From Intoshia linei (lineage: Eukaryota; Animalia; Orthonectida): a DNA stretch of 64,000 nucleotides. The notes beneath the pieces were generated by a model. That model did not search any database and had not been told where the DNA came from. It saw only the letters and a program-made list of their open reading frames with translations. A program made the translations under genes and the position numbers. The stretch covers positions 3,643 through 67,642 of the forward strand of contig LWCA01000047.1 of NCBI GenBank assembly GCA_001642005.1. Direction: 5' to 3'. Numbering within the stretch: the first letter of the stretch is position 1; the number at the start of each line of letters is the position of its first letter. Of this stretch, positions 50,301-64,000 are shown piece after piece.

Positions 50301-53300
50301 AGATATTATGTATGTTTCTAGTAACTTTTATATCTTTTACAAAAACTTACTTCATTATTAAAAAATTGAATAAGAGAAAATCAAAGTTTTCCTACTTTCT
50401 TTTTTGAATAGTCACTTAATAGAAAGGTTTTAATGTTTAATATTATCATTTGAAACAGTTTTTATGTCAATATTATATTATGAACACTGTAGAATATATT
50501 TTAAATTGAATAATTACCAGAACTTTGATTCTTTAAACTATTTTCTTTCTAGCTATTTGAATTCTCACACTTCAAAACTTATAAACTGTTTCTTAAGATG
50601 TAAATATGAAGTATTTTGTAATAAATTGGGGCCTATTTTTAAGATATAAATGTAAAGTACTTTTATTAATTTGGGGGCCTTTTTTAATGAGTGGCCCTGG
50701 GCTACAGCCCATATTGCCCATACCTTATAACTACCATTTCAATAACTACCAGACTTAGAATTTTATAAAGTCCACATTTCTAGTACAGTTTTTTCCGGGT
50801 GTAAAACTAAGATAAATTTCAACCTCCCAAACTCATATACTACTGGCCAAAAAGTCCAATTATTCTTTTTTTTGAAAATCAAAAGAGTTCGAAAATTTAA
50901 AAAAATATACATTCTGAAACGCATTTTAAAATTATAAATATTATCATAAATCTTCAGGGACAAAACCACAAATTATAGGTGGTACAGTTGTATCCTGTTA
51001 ACACACAACAAATTTAAATTGGAATAAGTGACGCCTTCACGGTCAAAAACGCACTATAGTATTCATTTTTTTTCCGAAATATTTTATTAACAAAACAAAA
51101 AATGTGAAATAATTAGTCTTTGGTCATTAAAATGCAAATTTATATTTCTGTTTGTGTCGGAAAAAAATCAACTTAGAATTTTTGATTTATAAAATAATGG
51201 GTGGATGTTTTTTAATTAAATAGTAACACTCAGATCAACACAAATTTTTAGCCCGTTGTACTTGCATTAGTTAATATTCTTTTTACTAATAAACTTTTTA
51301 TTATTAGATAATATAAGTCATAAAATGATAATTAAACAGTATATTCTTAGAATAAATACTATGTAAAAATAAAAATAATGGTTTTATACTGTAAAATAAT
51401 TATAATTGTCCCTAAGTCTAGCAGACTTATTTTATAGTTTTTAGACTTATACACGGGATTTATCTCATATGAATTGGTATCATATCGTGTCATTGCAATG
51501 ACACGGTAGTGAATCAATCGTATATGGTAGAGATTATATGCTGTTATAATAAAAAATTATCTTATTTCATAAAAATATCCGTAAATTTTTTTATGTGTCA
51601 AAAATATTGATTATTTACATTTAATTGTATCAAATAAGATTATTATTTTATTTTGATAAATTATACTGTAATTATTTAGCTCTGAAAAATTGTACTCGGC
51701 AAATACACGCGATGTAACAGCATCGGAAATGGTTCCTCCATATGAATACGAAGATGATGAGAGATTATCGAATTCATCCGATTCCAAAATATCCTATAAT
51801 TTACCTGACTTGAATATGGAGGGGTTAATAATTGTAAGAAACAACACTTTTAGAAAATTGGCGCAATTGCATATAATGTATGCAGAAGCAAACATTGTCT
51901 CATTAAAACGGGACAAAGTTAATATAAATTGCATACCAACACTAGAAACTTACACAAATCTGGATAGAAATGTGATTGATGAAAATGTTGGTCACTTTAG
52001 ACAAAATACAAAGAAAAAAACACTATTATTTGACAACTATACAGTATGGATACAGCATATATCAACTTTGACATTGGACAATTTCATACAATCTGCTGAA
52101 ATTGGAAAGCGGTTAAATATTAATTCCATCATTTACAAAGCTGCAAATTATTTTTACAATTATTGTAAACACTTAATAGCTAATCAAAAACAAGAATGTA
52201 TCCGAATTTACCTACAAAAGCTGTATACATATATGATTGACGCAGATATTGTAGAATCTTATGATACTCTTTTTACTATAACTATCGAATATGCATATAG
52301 TATATTGTATTGTTGGATAGAAAACAAAAAATCAAAATCTACCGAAAGTTTGAATAAAATAAATACTCAAAATCCTAAATCACCTTCTTCTCTCGACTTT
52401 AATGAAGACATGCAACTTGCCATAAATGTATATTTTTTTTAAATAGTTATTGCATTGTAATGTATAATAGGGTGAGAACCGAACCAACCATGCTAATAGC
52501 TACCCGGAAATTAGAAATAGGTCCCTAAAAATTTTTAAAAACGATGCATAATGACATATAGTCGCTACCACCTCTTGACGGGTCTCGACTTGAATTTTTT
52601 AATTTGGCACACAAAATAATTATGATATTCAAAAATTAATTTTTTTAAATGCCCAATTAGGAAAAGGTCTTTATTTTTGAAAAAGTTGCATTTTTAAACA
52701 TTTTTAAAATTCAAAAATTTTTTACAAAATACTATATTAATATTAATTTTTCAAATCGTGGATCGCTTGACTCTGAACTATCTTCTATACCAGGAGTCGG
52801 TATCATTTTGCACATTATGGGACATTTTTGAAAATGTACACATGATACATTTCAATTTTAAAGAAAAACGGTTTTAGTATATTCAACAAAATAAAATTAA
52901 GGACGATTTGAAAATTCATTATTAAAATGATTATAATGAGCCATGTGTAGTAGAAAATGTTTCAAACGGTGTTTAAAAGTAGAAAAATAAATAATTTACA
53001 TATTTACTCAAAATTATTATTATATATATATATATATATAACCACCAAAATTATTCTGTGGGCCACTTGTTGCCGACCCCTTTTCTGTGTCGTAAAATTG
53101 AACTAAAGTATTCTTAGATTATCCAAGAAGCTTTATTAAAATGTCATCACGATCGTCAATTTGGTTATCGTTATGAACTAATAAAAATTTTTGTAAAAAT
53201 ATGTTCAATGACACAATATGGTCAAATTCTAATTGGAAAATCTTGGATACCACATGAAAATTTGAATAAAACCAAATTGGGTGAGTTTATAAAGTTTTTT

Positions 53301-56300
53301 ACTGCAACAGAAATGATTTGCTTACAAAACCAAGGATTAGTGGACTGGAAAGATGGACCCACTGTTAGAGCAATAATGAATCTTGAAGATAATATTTTTC
53401 AAAATTGGAACAATGATGACTGGATGATTCAATTGTAATATTTGATGTATCATTAATTATTTTTTTTATAGGGAAATTTATATACGCAATTTCGAATTAT
53501 GTCATGCACTAGTCAATAAACAAAACGAAAAAATGTTGACACCTCCAATTACCACATTTAGAAAAAGTTCCAACAATTCTTTTGTGGGTGCTGGAGATGG
53601 TTTATGCGCATATTGGCTAAAAAGAATGTTACCCATTGAAAAAAAGTTGATTTTAATTAAAGATGATATTTCAAAAATAAAAAAAGATTATTCCATGTCA
53701 AATGTACCTCAATCTGAGTACAGTATAAATGAAAGTGAAAATGGAAAATATTACAAGTATATTCGATGCTACGAATTGTATATTCACATGATATTGTTGG
53801 ATTTAGTTTACTCCAATCAGTATACAATATTATCGGACGAAAAGGGGTTTATACTGTGCGAAAGACTGATATACGCATGCTCATTGGCAGATGAATTTAA
53901 ATTGTATAATTTACTTTTCCAAACACGAAAATACTACATGTTGGTTATGCTTCCGATAATTGTCAATATAAAAGCAAATCGAACAAAATTGTGTCAATCC
54001 TTGACAAATTTGTTTCAATATGTACCTTTTTTTGATAAAAAGGAAAAATATATAACGAGCCCAACCTTGGAAAATTTGATTCGAGATAATATAACTTGTA
54101 TAAATAACAAAAATTATTTCAATATAATGGAACACCCCATTGATTCTACAGCTTCAAATAATTTGGCTATACACACCTTTCTAATAATTACTTTATTTAA
54201 TTGTCATGTTTTATCAAAAAATTATTCCATTGCAATAACATTTATGGAAAAACAGATTTCTGGTATACCCAAATCCAGTTATAAATTATTAATGATTAAA
54301 AAACTAATTCTTTTGAAAGCTCAACTACAACAACCCGTAAATTTACTCTTTCAAAAATTTAAAAACGAACCTCAAGATTTTTTGTCTTACATGTGGTTTA
54401 GAATATCAATTATAAGTAATCATTCAAAAACTCAATATGCAATGCTATTAAGTAGTATATCTTGTATTACAGATGAAAAACTTGTTCACAAAAAAGTTGA
54501 AGCAATTATAAATCTTGTAGATTGGATCATGGTCAATACTTTTAATCAAACAGAAATTGAATTTTTGTGTAAATGGATGATGCACTTGATTTTATCACAT
54601 AAACGTGAACCTCAAGAAATTATAGTTATTCCCACTGTTGTGTCACAACCTAATAATAAAAAATCTAAAAAAAATGAAAAGGATAAGGATAAGGACAAAG
54701 ATAAAGACAAGGCAAAGGAAAAAGCTAAACTGAATAAACCAAATGAACGAATTATACAACTAAATAAAACTATTCATGCTTTGAGTTCAAAAAAAAGCCC
54801 CATTTCAATCATAAAATCAAATCATAATCAGGAAACGATTGATTCAGAAATTGATGAATATAATATATCAAAAATAAATAATGTACAAGATTTAATGTTA
54901 CTTTTGGAAATTATTAGCACGTGTACAACTTTATATCAACCTTTTACTGCCAAATTTTACAAAAATGTTGTTTTAATGGAATCTATAATTATACAAATGT
55001 TGCACATTATTTTATTTCACTTAGATTCCATTTCTTTGGAATATCCATTTAAAATTTCTACAGGTTATTTTATTTAAATTAAATTTCTTTTACAGCAGTT
55101 ATGTTAAACTCAAATGTTTGGCAGTCCGCACCATAAAAATTTTTTCTAGCATCACCAGAAATGGTGGTAATGAGAGCCCTGGCTGTATTTATTTATTTTT
55201 AATTTACTTCCTTTTTACAAAATATATTTCAAAGTAATTTCATTTCGCGAGGCCATGCTGTGAACCGCCTTAAGCTAATATATTTCATAATGAGATTCTC
55301 ATTAAATTTATTTGCACACCATTACTCGTCTATAAATTTTTTCACTGGGGTAATTCCTCGTCCTTACATATATAAAGTAAAATGGTTAAAAAGGTATGTT
55401 TGTTTATTTATTTTTTCCAGTTTATTTAAGAAAATAATTGGAGGCAAGTTTTAAAATTCTATGTTTCTATAACAGTTTTTCGAGAGTCATGTTTAATCCC
55501 AAATTTCATTTTTAGAAATTTAGTCCTTCAAGGTGAAAAACCCCAATTGTTTTTTGTTTTTAAATTCAAAACATCCTATAATTATAAAAAATAGACATTC
55601 TAATAAAAAGTTTTGAATTCATCAATATTATGATAATTTTCAATTTCAAAATCTCACGGAGAAAACTCAAAATAACCCTTTTTTGTATAAATTAAGAAAG
55701 TCCTAGAATTTTGTAATGTTTTTAAATTCATCATCACAAATGGTAACCTCGAAAAAATTAAAAACCGGTTAAAAACCCAGATTACCTTTTTTTTAAAATA
55801 AAAACAGCCTTAGAATTTTAAAAAAAATTACAGATGATACAGTTATATCCAGTTAAAACACAAAAAATTTCAATCTGATGAAGTGACGCCTTCATGGTCA
55901 AAAAATAACTTTTTTTTTCAAAACTATTTTATTAACTCTTACGAGACAATTGCATGTATAGATGCCAAAAACTACACTCATAAATTTACATTGGTTTGTA
56001 TAAAACAATAATAAGGTGGTACCAATATAAAAATTGAATGACATTTGAAATTTGTGAATTTTGAGCTTTAAATTTTAGTGTTTTTTAATATATAAAAAGT
56101 GAAATTTTTTGCTTTCAATTTTGAAAATCAGCATAGTCTCGTAAGGGTTAAAAAAAAATTTGAGATCAGTAACGGTCGCAAAAATAAAAAAGAGATTATT
56201 CTGATACAGCTCGTTCCAGTTAATATATCTACGAAATCTACGCATTTCCGGTGAAAAATAATTATGTATATAAATAATAGATAAATATTTATGGAAGAAT

Positions 56301-59300
56301 TTTTAGTATATTATCAACTAATATTTTTCAAATGTTCAATTAAAATTAAAAAGTAAATAATCCCCTACAATTTAAAAAAAAATGTGCATTGAACCTTTAC
56401 ACATTTCCAATAAAGACATATGAGTCGAAATCTATATAATTGATTCCTTCGGATTTTTTTTCATTCTCAAATATTCATTTTAAAAAAACACGGATTTTTA
56501 TTTTGATCTTTTGCGTCCCTCAATCCAAAAAATTTCGTCGTCACTAATCTAAACTATTTTTTATATTTATACCGCATTTTAGATCAATCAAAAACATTAA
56601 GCCGTGATTTGAAAAACTTGGCAAATTGGAATTACGCAACACCGATAAAATTATGGAATAGTATAAAATTAGGCTCAACTCAAATAAACTATTTAATAAA
56701 CGATGCTCCATTACACATTAGATTAAACATACATTTGTATTCTAATTTACTAAAAATATACAACATGTCGAATATAATTGAAAATCAATTAAAAGAAGCA
56801 TTTTTGAATCCTGTAACTCACTATTCATTATTTTCTATATTTGCTCAAACTATATTTCAAAACCAAGATTTATACAATTATTACAATTTGAAAATTTTTC
56901 AAAATTTTCATACTCTGAATATTGGCTACAACCAAAATGAATATTTGGAAATTATCAAAAAAAATTTTTTAAACAAGACAAAAATTTTGAAAGCGGAAAA
57001 AAATTTAAGAGATTGGACTTTTACAAATTTATTAAAAGAAAATGAAATAAAAATAAACATAAAATCTGTAAATTATGAAGCAAAGTCTCTTTTTACGGAA
57101 TACCACGTGTGGTCGAAAAGTGGTCAAGCTTTGTTAAAGGAAGGGTTGTTTTACGAAGCACAAATTTTATTTACTCAATGTTATAAATTGGCCGTTGGGT
57201 ATAACGATGAAAAATATTGTTCCATTTCTTTAGTATTAATGGCTAAGCATTCTTCAGCTGAAAAGCAATATGGAAGAGTAATAAGGTATTTTAATAGAAG
57301 TAATTTGAATTATAGAGGAGATGAATTGCATTGGTTAAAAGTGAGAATTGGATTAGCTAAAGCATATAAAAATGAAAATAATTTAACGGACAATTATAAT
57401 AAATGTATCGAATCTCTTTACACAACAAATCATTACATTAATGAAAAAATTGAAACCTTACTGGAAAATAGTTCAAAAAAATATATTGATTTGCGATTGA
57501 AAAAATTGCGGTTTTGTTTGACAATGGTTCAATATAATGTGTATATAAGTAGTTTGGAATCCTGTAATCTGGCTTCCGATATATCATTTGCGTATATATC
57601 TGAAACTAATCCATCAGATTCATCTCTATATCGAAGAACATTTGGTTTAGTTTGTGTTGAAAATTTAGCTAAAATATTGAGCGAATTTGAAAAAGGAGGA
57701 TACATTAAAAAATTTGTGAAATATTTACATCATTTAAATGTATTTATATCTAATTTTATTCATAATAATGAGATTGATAAAAAAAATGAACAATTAAACA
57801 AAAAACTATTTTTTTCAGACTACGATTTACATTCAATTTACAAAATTTTAATGCCGTTGAATATTACGTGCATCAGATATATTTCAAAAATTTTAACAAA
57901 TTGTTTGTGTTTAACAGATTACTCTTTAAATTATTTTATAAACTATAAATACATAAACAATGAATCTAAATTATTAATCATGTATTCTCAATTCATGAAA
58001 CATTACATTACATTTAAATCTCAAGTGGATCAAGTCAACTTGACGGAAATTAAACTTTCTTCAAATATAAAAAATGATTATAAAGTGAAAGATAAACCAT
58101 TAATAAATGCAAATGCATTTATAGTTGACGAATATAGGCATAGTATAAATAAAAGAGGGTCCGAAGAATGGCTTGAAAAAGCATACAATCACGAATATGA
58201 TGAATCTAGCGCTAGTACTTTGACAATGCTCAATAATTTAAATTGTGATAAAATTTCTACAAATTATATTATAATGTCAAATTTACTTCTTAAACACGTT
58301 CAAACAACATTTAGTGAATTTATGGACAGTGACTGGAGATATAAATCAAAAATTACCATTAATGGAAGCAATAATTTACAATTAAATAGCCCAAAAGAAG
58401 ATGTTAATAAAAATAAAAAAGTTGAAAACATAATTCAAGATAGCCCTAACGAGGTGCCACCCTTGTCTATAAGCCAAAAATCTAGATATCGAAAAGTTAT
58501 TGTTGGTAAAAAGCATCAATATTTGCAATTTTTATCAAGAATTAGTCAAATATCTGATGTATTGATGGAATGTTTAATTTATTTCATCGAAATTAATAAA
58601 TTTTTAATAGTAATGGAACTTTGTCAGAGATTGATGAATATTACAAATCAATACGATTGCGAAACTAGTTGTAAATTATTATCTGTTTTCCAAAGTGCAA
58701 AAAATTGCCATTTTATAAGAAACAATGTGTTTCAGCGAATTTTTAACGACTCTTCCATATCAAGGTTTTCTTCTCTTGTATGTTCTATGGAATATATTTC
58801 TAATCCTAATAATATTACCGAGACACACCGAATGGCACCCGTAAAGTATCAAATTTTAACGGATTTAAAACAATCATGTACTGCTTGGAATCGTAGTTCT
58901 CTGAATAATAACCTTTTCACATTTGGCAAAGAACTTAATAGTAATTTTAAATTTGTGATTGTTACTTCAAGTTTAATTGACAATTTTTTATACATTTGCC
59001 ATTATATTCCGTACCAAAAGACAAATGTTACAAATTCAAGTAATGCTAAAAATACTGTAAATACAAACACTGCACCAAATCTTAATTTATCTGAAAAATA
59101 TATACAGGAAATTTCACAAAATGAAAATTTCATATTTAAAATTGATTTGGCTCAATGTCAATATACTCATGAAACTGAACGGAAACACATTATTAATTCA
59201 GATTATTCTAGTAGTATCAATGAAATCAAACAAAATTATTTTTCTTTTCTTCAAATTAAAGACCAGTCCTTTTCTTTTGCCGATTCATTAGATAAAATGT

Positions 59301-62300
59301 TCACGAATAATGAATTTTTAAAAGACACTTATAGTGAAAAACTCAATACGATCAATCATATTCAACTCAATTCTCACGAGAATGTCGACGTTGCTTCCGA
59401 AGAAATCACTTTTTATGAAAGGTGCATCAATAATTTGGAAAATGTTCTTAATGATTATCAAAATTTACAAAAATTGACTATAAATTTTCTGCAATCGGCA
59501 TTAGAAGATAATGTTACGTTTAACAAAACTCCGACCAGCAAAGGAGGGTATCTTTAAATTATGCACTATTTATTTGATTTATGATTGCGGAAAGTTCAAT
59601 TGTTACTTTTGACATTCCGTTTAAAATCTATTGGAATTAGAGTTTAAAAATATAAGATAGAAATGTAATTTTGAGTTCTACCCAACTATCGCGAAAAAGA
59701 TAAAAATACTGAAAATTAAGATTTTAATTTTTTATTACAAACCTGTTTAAAAATTTTAGTTTTTTCTCTTTAATATTGGCGAATAGTTGAGCGATATAAT
59801 CAATCATACATCATCGATTTTACTAATTTATCATATTATTGATTTTTAGATCAAATTTTTGTGATTCCTTTGAGGAAAAATTTTTCACCTAATTTTTAAA
59901 GATAATTTAGGGACACAAAATTTGAAAGTGATTTTAAAGGAATTTTTTATTCAACCAATTTTTAAAGATAATTTTGGGGTCAAAATTTAATAGGGGTTTT
60001 AAGGGAATTTTTTTCTCATCCAATTTTTAAACATTTGACGATAATTTTGGGATCAAAATTTGATAGAGTTTTTTAAGGGAATTTTTTTCGCCAATTTTGT
60101 AATGTAATAATTAAAATATAAAATTTCATTTCTGATTAATTTTACATGTTAAGTTACTATTACGCTAAACCGAAAAAACCAGTTTTTTAAGTTTTGGTAA
60201 ATTTGACAATACTACTTGTATTTATATTGTATTTCTAATGGATAAAGTGAGTACATGTATATCAAAAAGTGGAAAACTAATTAATTTTTTAATTGAATAC
60301 ATTTGACTAGTGAAAAGATTGGAAACTCTGATTTATAGAAAAATTTAGTTTTCTATAAAGTACAGTATTTCGCAGTCAGTGTAAAAATAATTGATTCACT
60401 TTAAACTTACCACATTTTATCGGAGACCCGGTAGGATTCTTGGTATTAGGATGGAAAATAATCCAGATTATCGATCATAGTCGTTTCATAAATATTGTTT
60501 ATGAAAATAAAATCACAGAATACACCAGACTAGGGGTCTCTAACCACTTGATTCATGTTTAGTAAGCATTGTCTACAATATTTATAAATACATGTATTTT
60601 TATTATTATTATTATAATAAAGAGTATTTGTAATTTATTTTAGTGAGATTACATATAATGTAATCTTGATTGACCCACAATTTGCAAATTTGCACCTTGA
60701 AATTATTTTTTCATTAATCAACAACAATTCGCTGGCAATATCTCGTGATTACAGCTATCAACTATTTATATACCGATTTTTATCACAAAGTATTAATATT
60801 AAAATTGAATAATTTATTAAATTTTATAGATGAAGAGATTGAAATAACAAATAGACCATATTTACCATCCATTATTTCCGATATAAAGGAAGTTAAAAAA
60901 ACTAATAAAAGCGTAATAACAATGAAAACAATGCATCATTAAAATTTAGATGATGGATAAGAGCGGAAACAATATTAATGTTGATATCAATAATGTTCGC
61001 TGTAAGTATTTGTGTCAATATCACGTGAGAAGCGTTTAGTGTTGCTGACGTTATATATACTTTAATAAGTCCGCTCATTATTTTGTACATAAAAATATAT
61101 GTTACTACATTATTGAAAATAACATATTTTTTAATATTGATTATTATTAATGACAGGATAGAGCAGAGCCGAAACTACCCTATCCCAAAAGAGGACTTGA
61201 CCAATTTTTTGAAAATTTATAAAATTGGAACCTTATTTTTTCAGATTTTAAAAATTTGCAATATCATATCAGTGAATCTTGTATTTTATTCTTCAAGTAA
61301 TGACTGGATGACATCTATTTATTATTAGAAGTAAACCTCATGATCAACTTAATTTAGCCAATTGACAGAAATTTTGATTGTTATATATTTTTTGATGGTG
61401 AAAAATTTAAACTTTTTTTGTAAAGGTTTTGATTTTTTTAATTAAGAACCCTTTAGCAACGTTCAGGGACGTGGAGAGCTGCCACTAGCCCCGATCAGAT
61501 GGAAATTGTAGGCTCATATAAAAAATTTTAAAAATAAGACTTCTATAGATTGCTTAATGGATCGTTCATTATCTTAAAATTAATTAATAAAATTTATTAA
61601 AAATATTGAATTGGACTGATTTTAAAAACAGAACATTTTATTATACGATAGTTTTGGTATAATTAAGAAATTTTTCAACATTACTCATTAATAAATTAAA
61701 AATGTAGACCCTCATGATTATTACCGGGAAATATGACCCCTAGCCCCTCTCCACATCACGTTGATGATTTAATTAATGATTAAATCGGAAACAAATGCAA
61801 CATGATTCAAAACTTTAATTGATTAAAATGTATTAGAATTTTTTTCAAAATTTTGAAAAATTTTGACCAAATAGTACCGCACTTTCCCTATGTGTCTATA
61901 TTATAATATTATTTTTAATTGGCTTTTCCAAATAATTTTAAAGTATAGAATTATGTTAGCGAGCTTTGAAGATAGTTTTTAAAATAAATCTTATAGCAAA
62001 ATATTAAATTTGGTTTTTCTTTTCTTTTAAATGATGTACATTTTGTTTTTTAATAAAAATCTATTTGAAATTCACAATAGCAAATCTATAATTGACCTTT
62101 TATACAAAAATTTAAATTGATATTATAAATAGATTTGGTGGATCCACATCACGAAAATGATCAAAGCTGTGATGATTTTTCAAATCATATGAATGAATCT
62201 CATATTTGCAATTTTTCTGCAAAATGGCTGGGAATTTTGGGTAAAGAGAAAATAATTAGTAATGCTTGCTGGGAAAGTTACATCTCAAGCGGTTCGATTT

Positions 62301-63293
62301 TTTTCACGAGTACTCCTTGTCGCATGTTTTCTTATTACCGACCTCACTATTTTTTGTCGATTCGCGTTCAAGAAACTCAAGTCGCCATTATTTCAGAAAG
62401 GTTTTTTTAATATAATTTTATTATTGTATTTTAGATGCCAAAATACTGCAGCATATTTAAATAAATCACACGACAATGAAATCATCTTACCCAACATCAA
62501 ATGTTTGGAAACACCCGAAAATACTGCCCTGTTTTGTAGTTTAATTGGGATTAATTGTGTTTTATACAATCAGTTTTCTTTTGAATCTTCCAAAAACATT
62601 GAACAAATCTTTGAATTATTGAAACGTAATCAAAAACTATTATATTTGCAACTATAATTAATAATTTATCATTTTTTGGCGATAGACTATCCTAAAATGT
62701 GTTTATTAAGGTTATTCGTTATTAGAAATTAGACGAGATCTAACCTATCCACGTTGAAGAGATAATTGTAAATCTCTAGAAAATATATTAAAAAAGAATA
62801 AGTTAAAATAATACATTTTTAAGTAAATATTGAGGTTTGTTGTGCAAACATTTGCCATTTTATTAAAAATTAAATAAAATATGGAACGAAAATTTATATC
62901 ACCGCACAGACTGTTATATCGATATAAATTGTGTTAATATCAGTCCATTGTACACCTTTTTTAGCATTAAATCATTTATTTTATAAATACTTTTATACAA
63001 AATATAAAAATTTAGAAATGATGACTTGCAACAATAGCATAGGGCACGTAATGTCTCGTTACATCAACAGTGGAATTCAAAATGTAAATGAAAATAAAAT
63101 TGACGTAAATGAGAAAAATAATAATGATAAAACAAATTCAAAAAATGACATTGATAGTAACCTAGAAGTGGAAGAAAATGGTTCTACCTCAATAAAAAAA
63201 AAAACTCAAGAAATTAAAGAAAAGTATTACAACCTTTTAAATTCTATAAAACATGTTATTAATGTTGGACTTCCCAATATTCATATTGGTTGA
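47330..63293 (+). CDS. CFAP46: Cilia- and flagella-associated protein 46 (central-pair protein, TTC40)
   Basis: Starts MDLCIKK; ELFVSLAELALE, LYGRALLCQA, FLIFNISITFW and LLIEFA follow the CFAP46 N-terminus. Later matches include VAIWNMCLPLL and FDIFRTAVRF, and the C-terminus has LEIIF..ISRDYS, VDPHHE, FSAKWLG and VINVGLP*. About 21 exons, including the large ORFs 53533-55077 and 56609-59557. Recognised from memory of the family, not by search. Confidence 0.8.
50069..51120 (+). mobile_element. Helitron copy interrupted by a hAT derivative (50118-50727, inverted relative to 35784-36432)
   Basis: A|TCCTTACTTATATA start and a (CTGT)/(TG) tract, then CAGAGCCGTCTTAAG; the Helitron body resumes at ~50728 and matches 34955-35310. 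Confidence 0.75.
55341..56480 (+). mobile_element. Helitron copy interrupted by a piggyBac-type MITE
   Basis: TCCTTACATATATAA start; the body is the reverse complement of ~9230-9830 and matches 35170-35430. Right boundary approximate. Confidence 0.65.
55936..56147. mobile_element. piggyBac-type MITE
   Basis: TTAA|CTCTTACGAGAC ... GTCTCGTAAGGG|TTAA. Sister Helitron copies (~35284, ~51087) show the empty single TTAA site. Confidence 0.85.
59850..60100. repeat. Degenerate ~65-75-bp minisatellite, about 3.5 units, intronic
   Basis: Recurring GATAATTT(T/A)GGG..CAAAATTT..TTTTAAGGGAATTTTTT..CCAATTTT units at ~59901, ~59967 and ~60040. Confidence 0.7.
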
Positions 63294-63339
63294 ATTTGTA
63301 TATTAAATTATATGATTAAATATTTACATTTAAATACAT

Positions 63340-64000
63340 TTCACTTTCACATTCATTTCTTTAACACTAATGAGGCAAACATCATTGGATGCGATTTAGC
63401 AATGAAGTTAAAACTAATACTGTTAAGCAATCCCTACATATTAAAATAAATCATGATCGATATTACTCTGATATTATATCCGAATTTAACGACATATTCT
63501 CAGATAAACCAGGGAAATGCAAAATAAATCAACATAAAATTGATCTAATCAAAGACTATAAACCCTTTAAATGTCCAGTATTCCCAACTCCAATTAATTT
63601 GATTAACGAAGAACATAAATTGGTAAGAGAAATGCTTGAAAATGATATCATAGAACCTTCTAACAGTGAAATGAGATCTCCAAAATTTTTAAAAAAAAAA
63701 CCCAATAAAAATGAATATAGATTCTTAAGCGACTTTACTGAACTAAATAAAATAACAATACAAGACACATACCCAGCCGCCAATCAACAAAGCATAATTG
63801 ACGCATTACAAGGAAAATGCATTTTTACAGTTTTAGACATATTAAAAGGTTATTGGCAAATGAAAATAAATCCACGAGACAGACACAAAACAGCCTTTTA
63901 TACATGTCATGGACGTAGATTATACCACTTTAAAGTTATGCCCATAGGATTAAAGAATGCTAGCGCTACCTTTCAGCGTACTATGGATGCTATTTTTGAT
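63340..64000 (+). mobile_element. Ty3/gypsy LTR-retrotransposon pol fragment (protease end plus RT N-half), running off the window
   Basis: NIIGCDL (retropepsin C-terminal motif), then in the -1 frame EFNDIFSDKPG..HKIDL..EMLENDIIEPSNSEMRSP..YRFLSDFTELNKIT..LDILKGYWQM..DRHKTAF..FKVMPIGLKNASATFQRTMD. Confidence 0.92.

Noticed and set aside
59850-60100. CRISPR-like repeat array
   Set aside because: Degenerate contiguous units without unique spacers, in a eukaryotic intron with no cas genes.

Overview
Very AT-rich (roughly three quarters A+T by eye) animal genomic DNA. Genes are split into many small exons by ~30-45 nt GT-AG introns plus a few TE-inflated introns, so the ORF track is mostly fragments or artefacts; the gene models below were spliced by hand. 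Gene order: 3' part of aminoacylase-1 (ACY1); a decayed tandem ACY1 copy; a solitary Hox2/proboscipedia-type gene (-); two tandem secreted MIG-17/ADAMTS-type M12B metalloproteases (+), the first with six ShKT domains and a mucin stalk, both with Leu at the Met-turn position; RRM2 (+); an active-site-intact MTMR6/7/8-type myotubularin (-); CFAP46 (+); and a truncated Ty3/gypsy pol running off the end. Introns and spacers hold at least 10 copies or fragments of one non-autonomous Helitron family plus hAT, pogo/Tigger and piggyBac MITEs and long-TIR elements, often nested. A compact-genome, ciliated bilaterian such as the orthonectid Intoshia would fit, but that is inference only. The best candidate for something new is the Met-turn-less protease pair with an ShKT array, sitting head-to-head with the orphaned Hox2.
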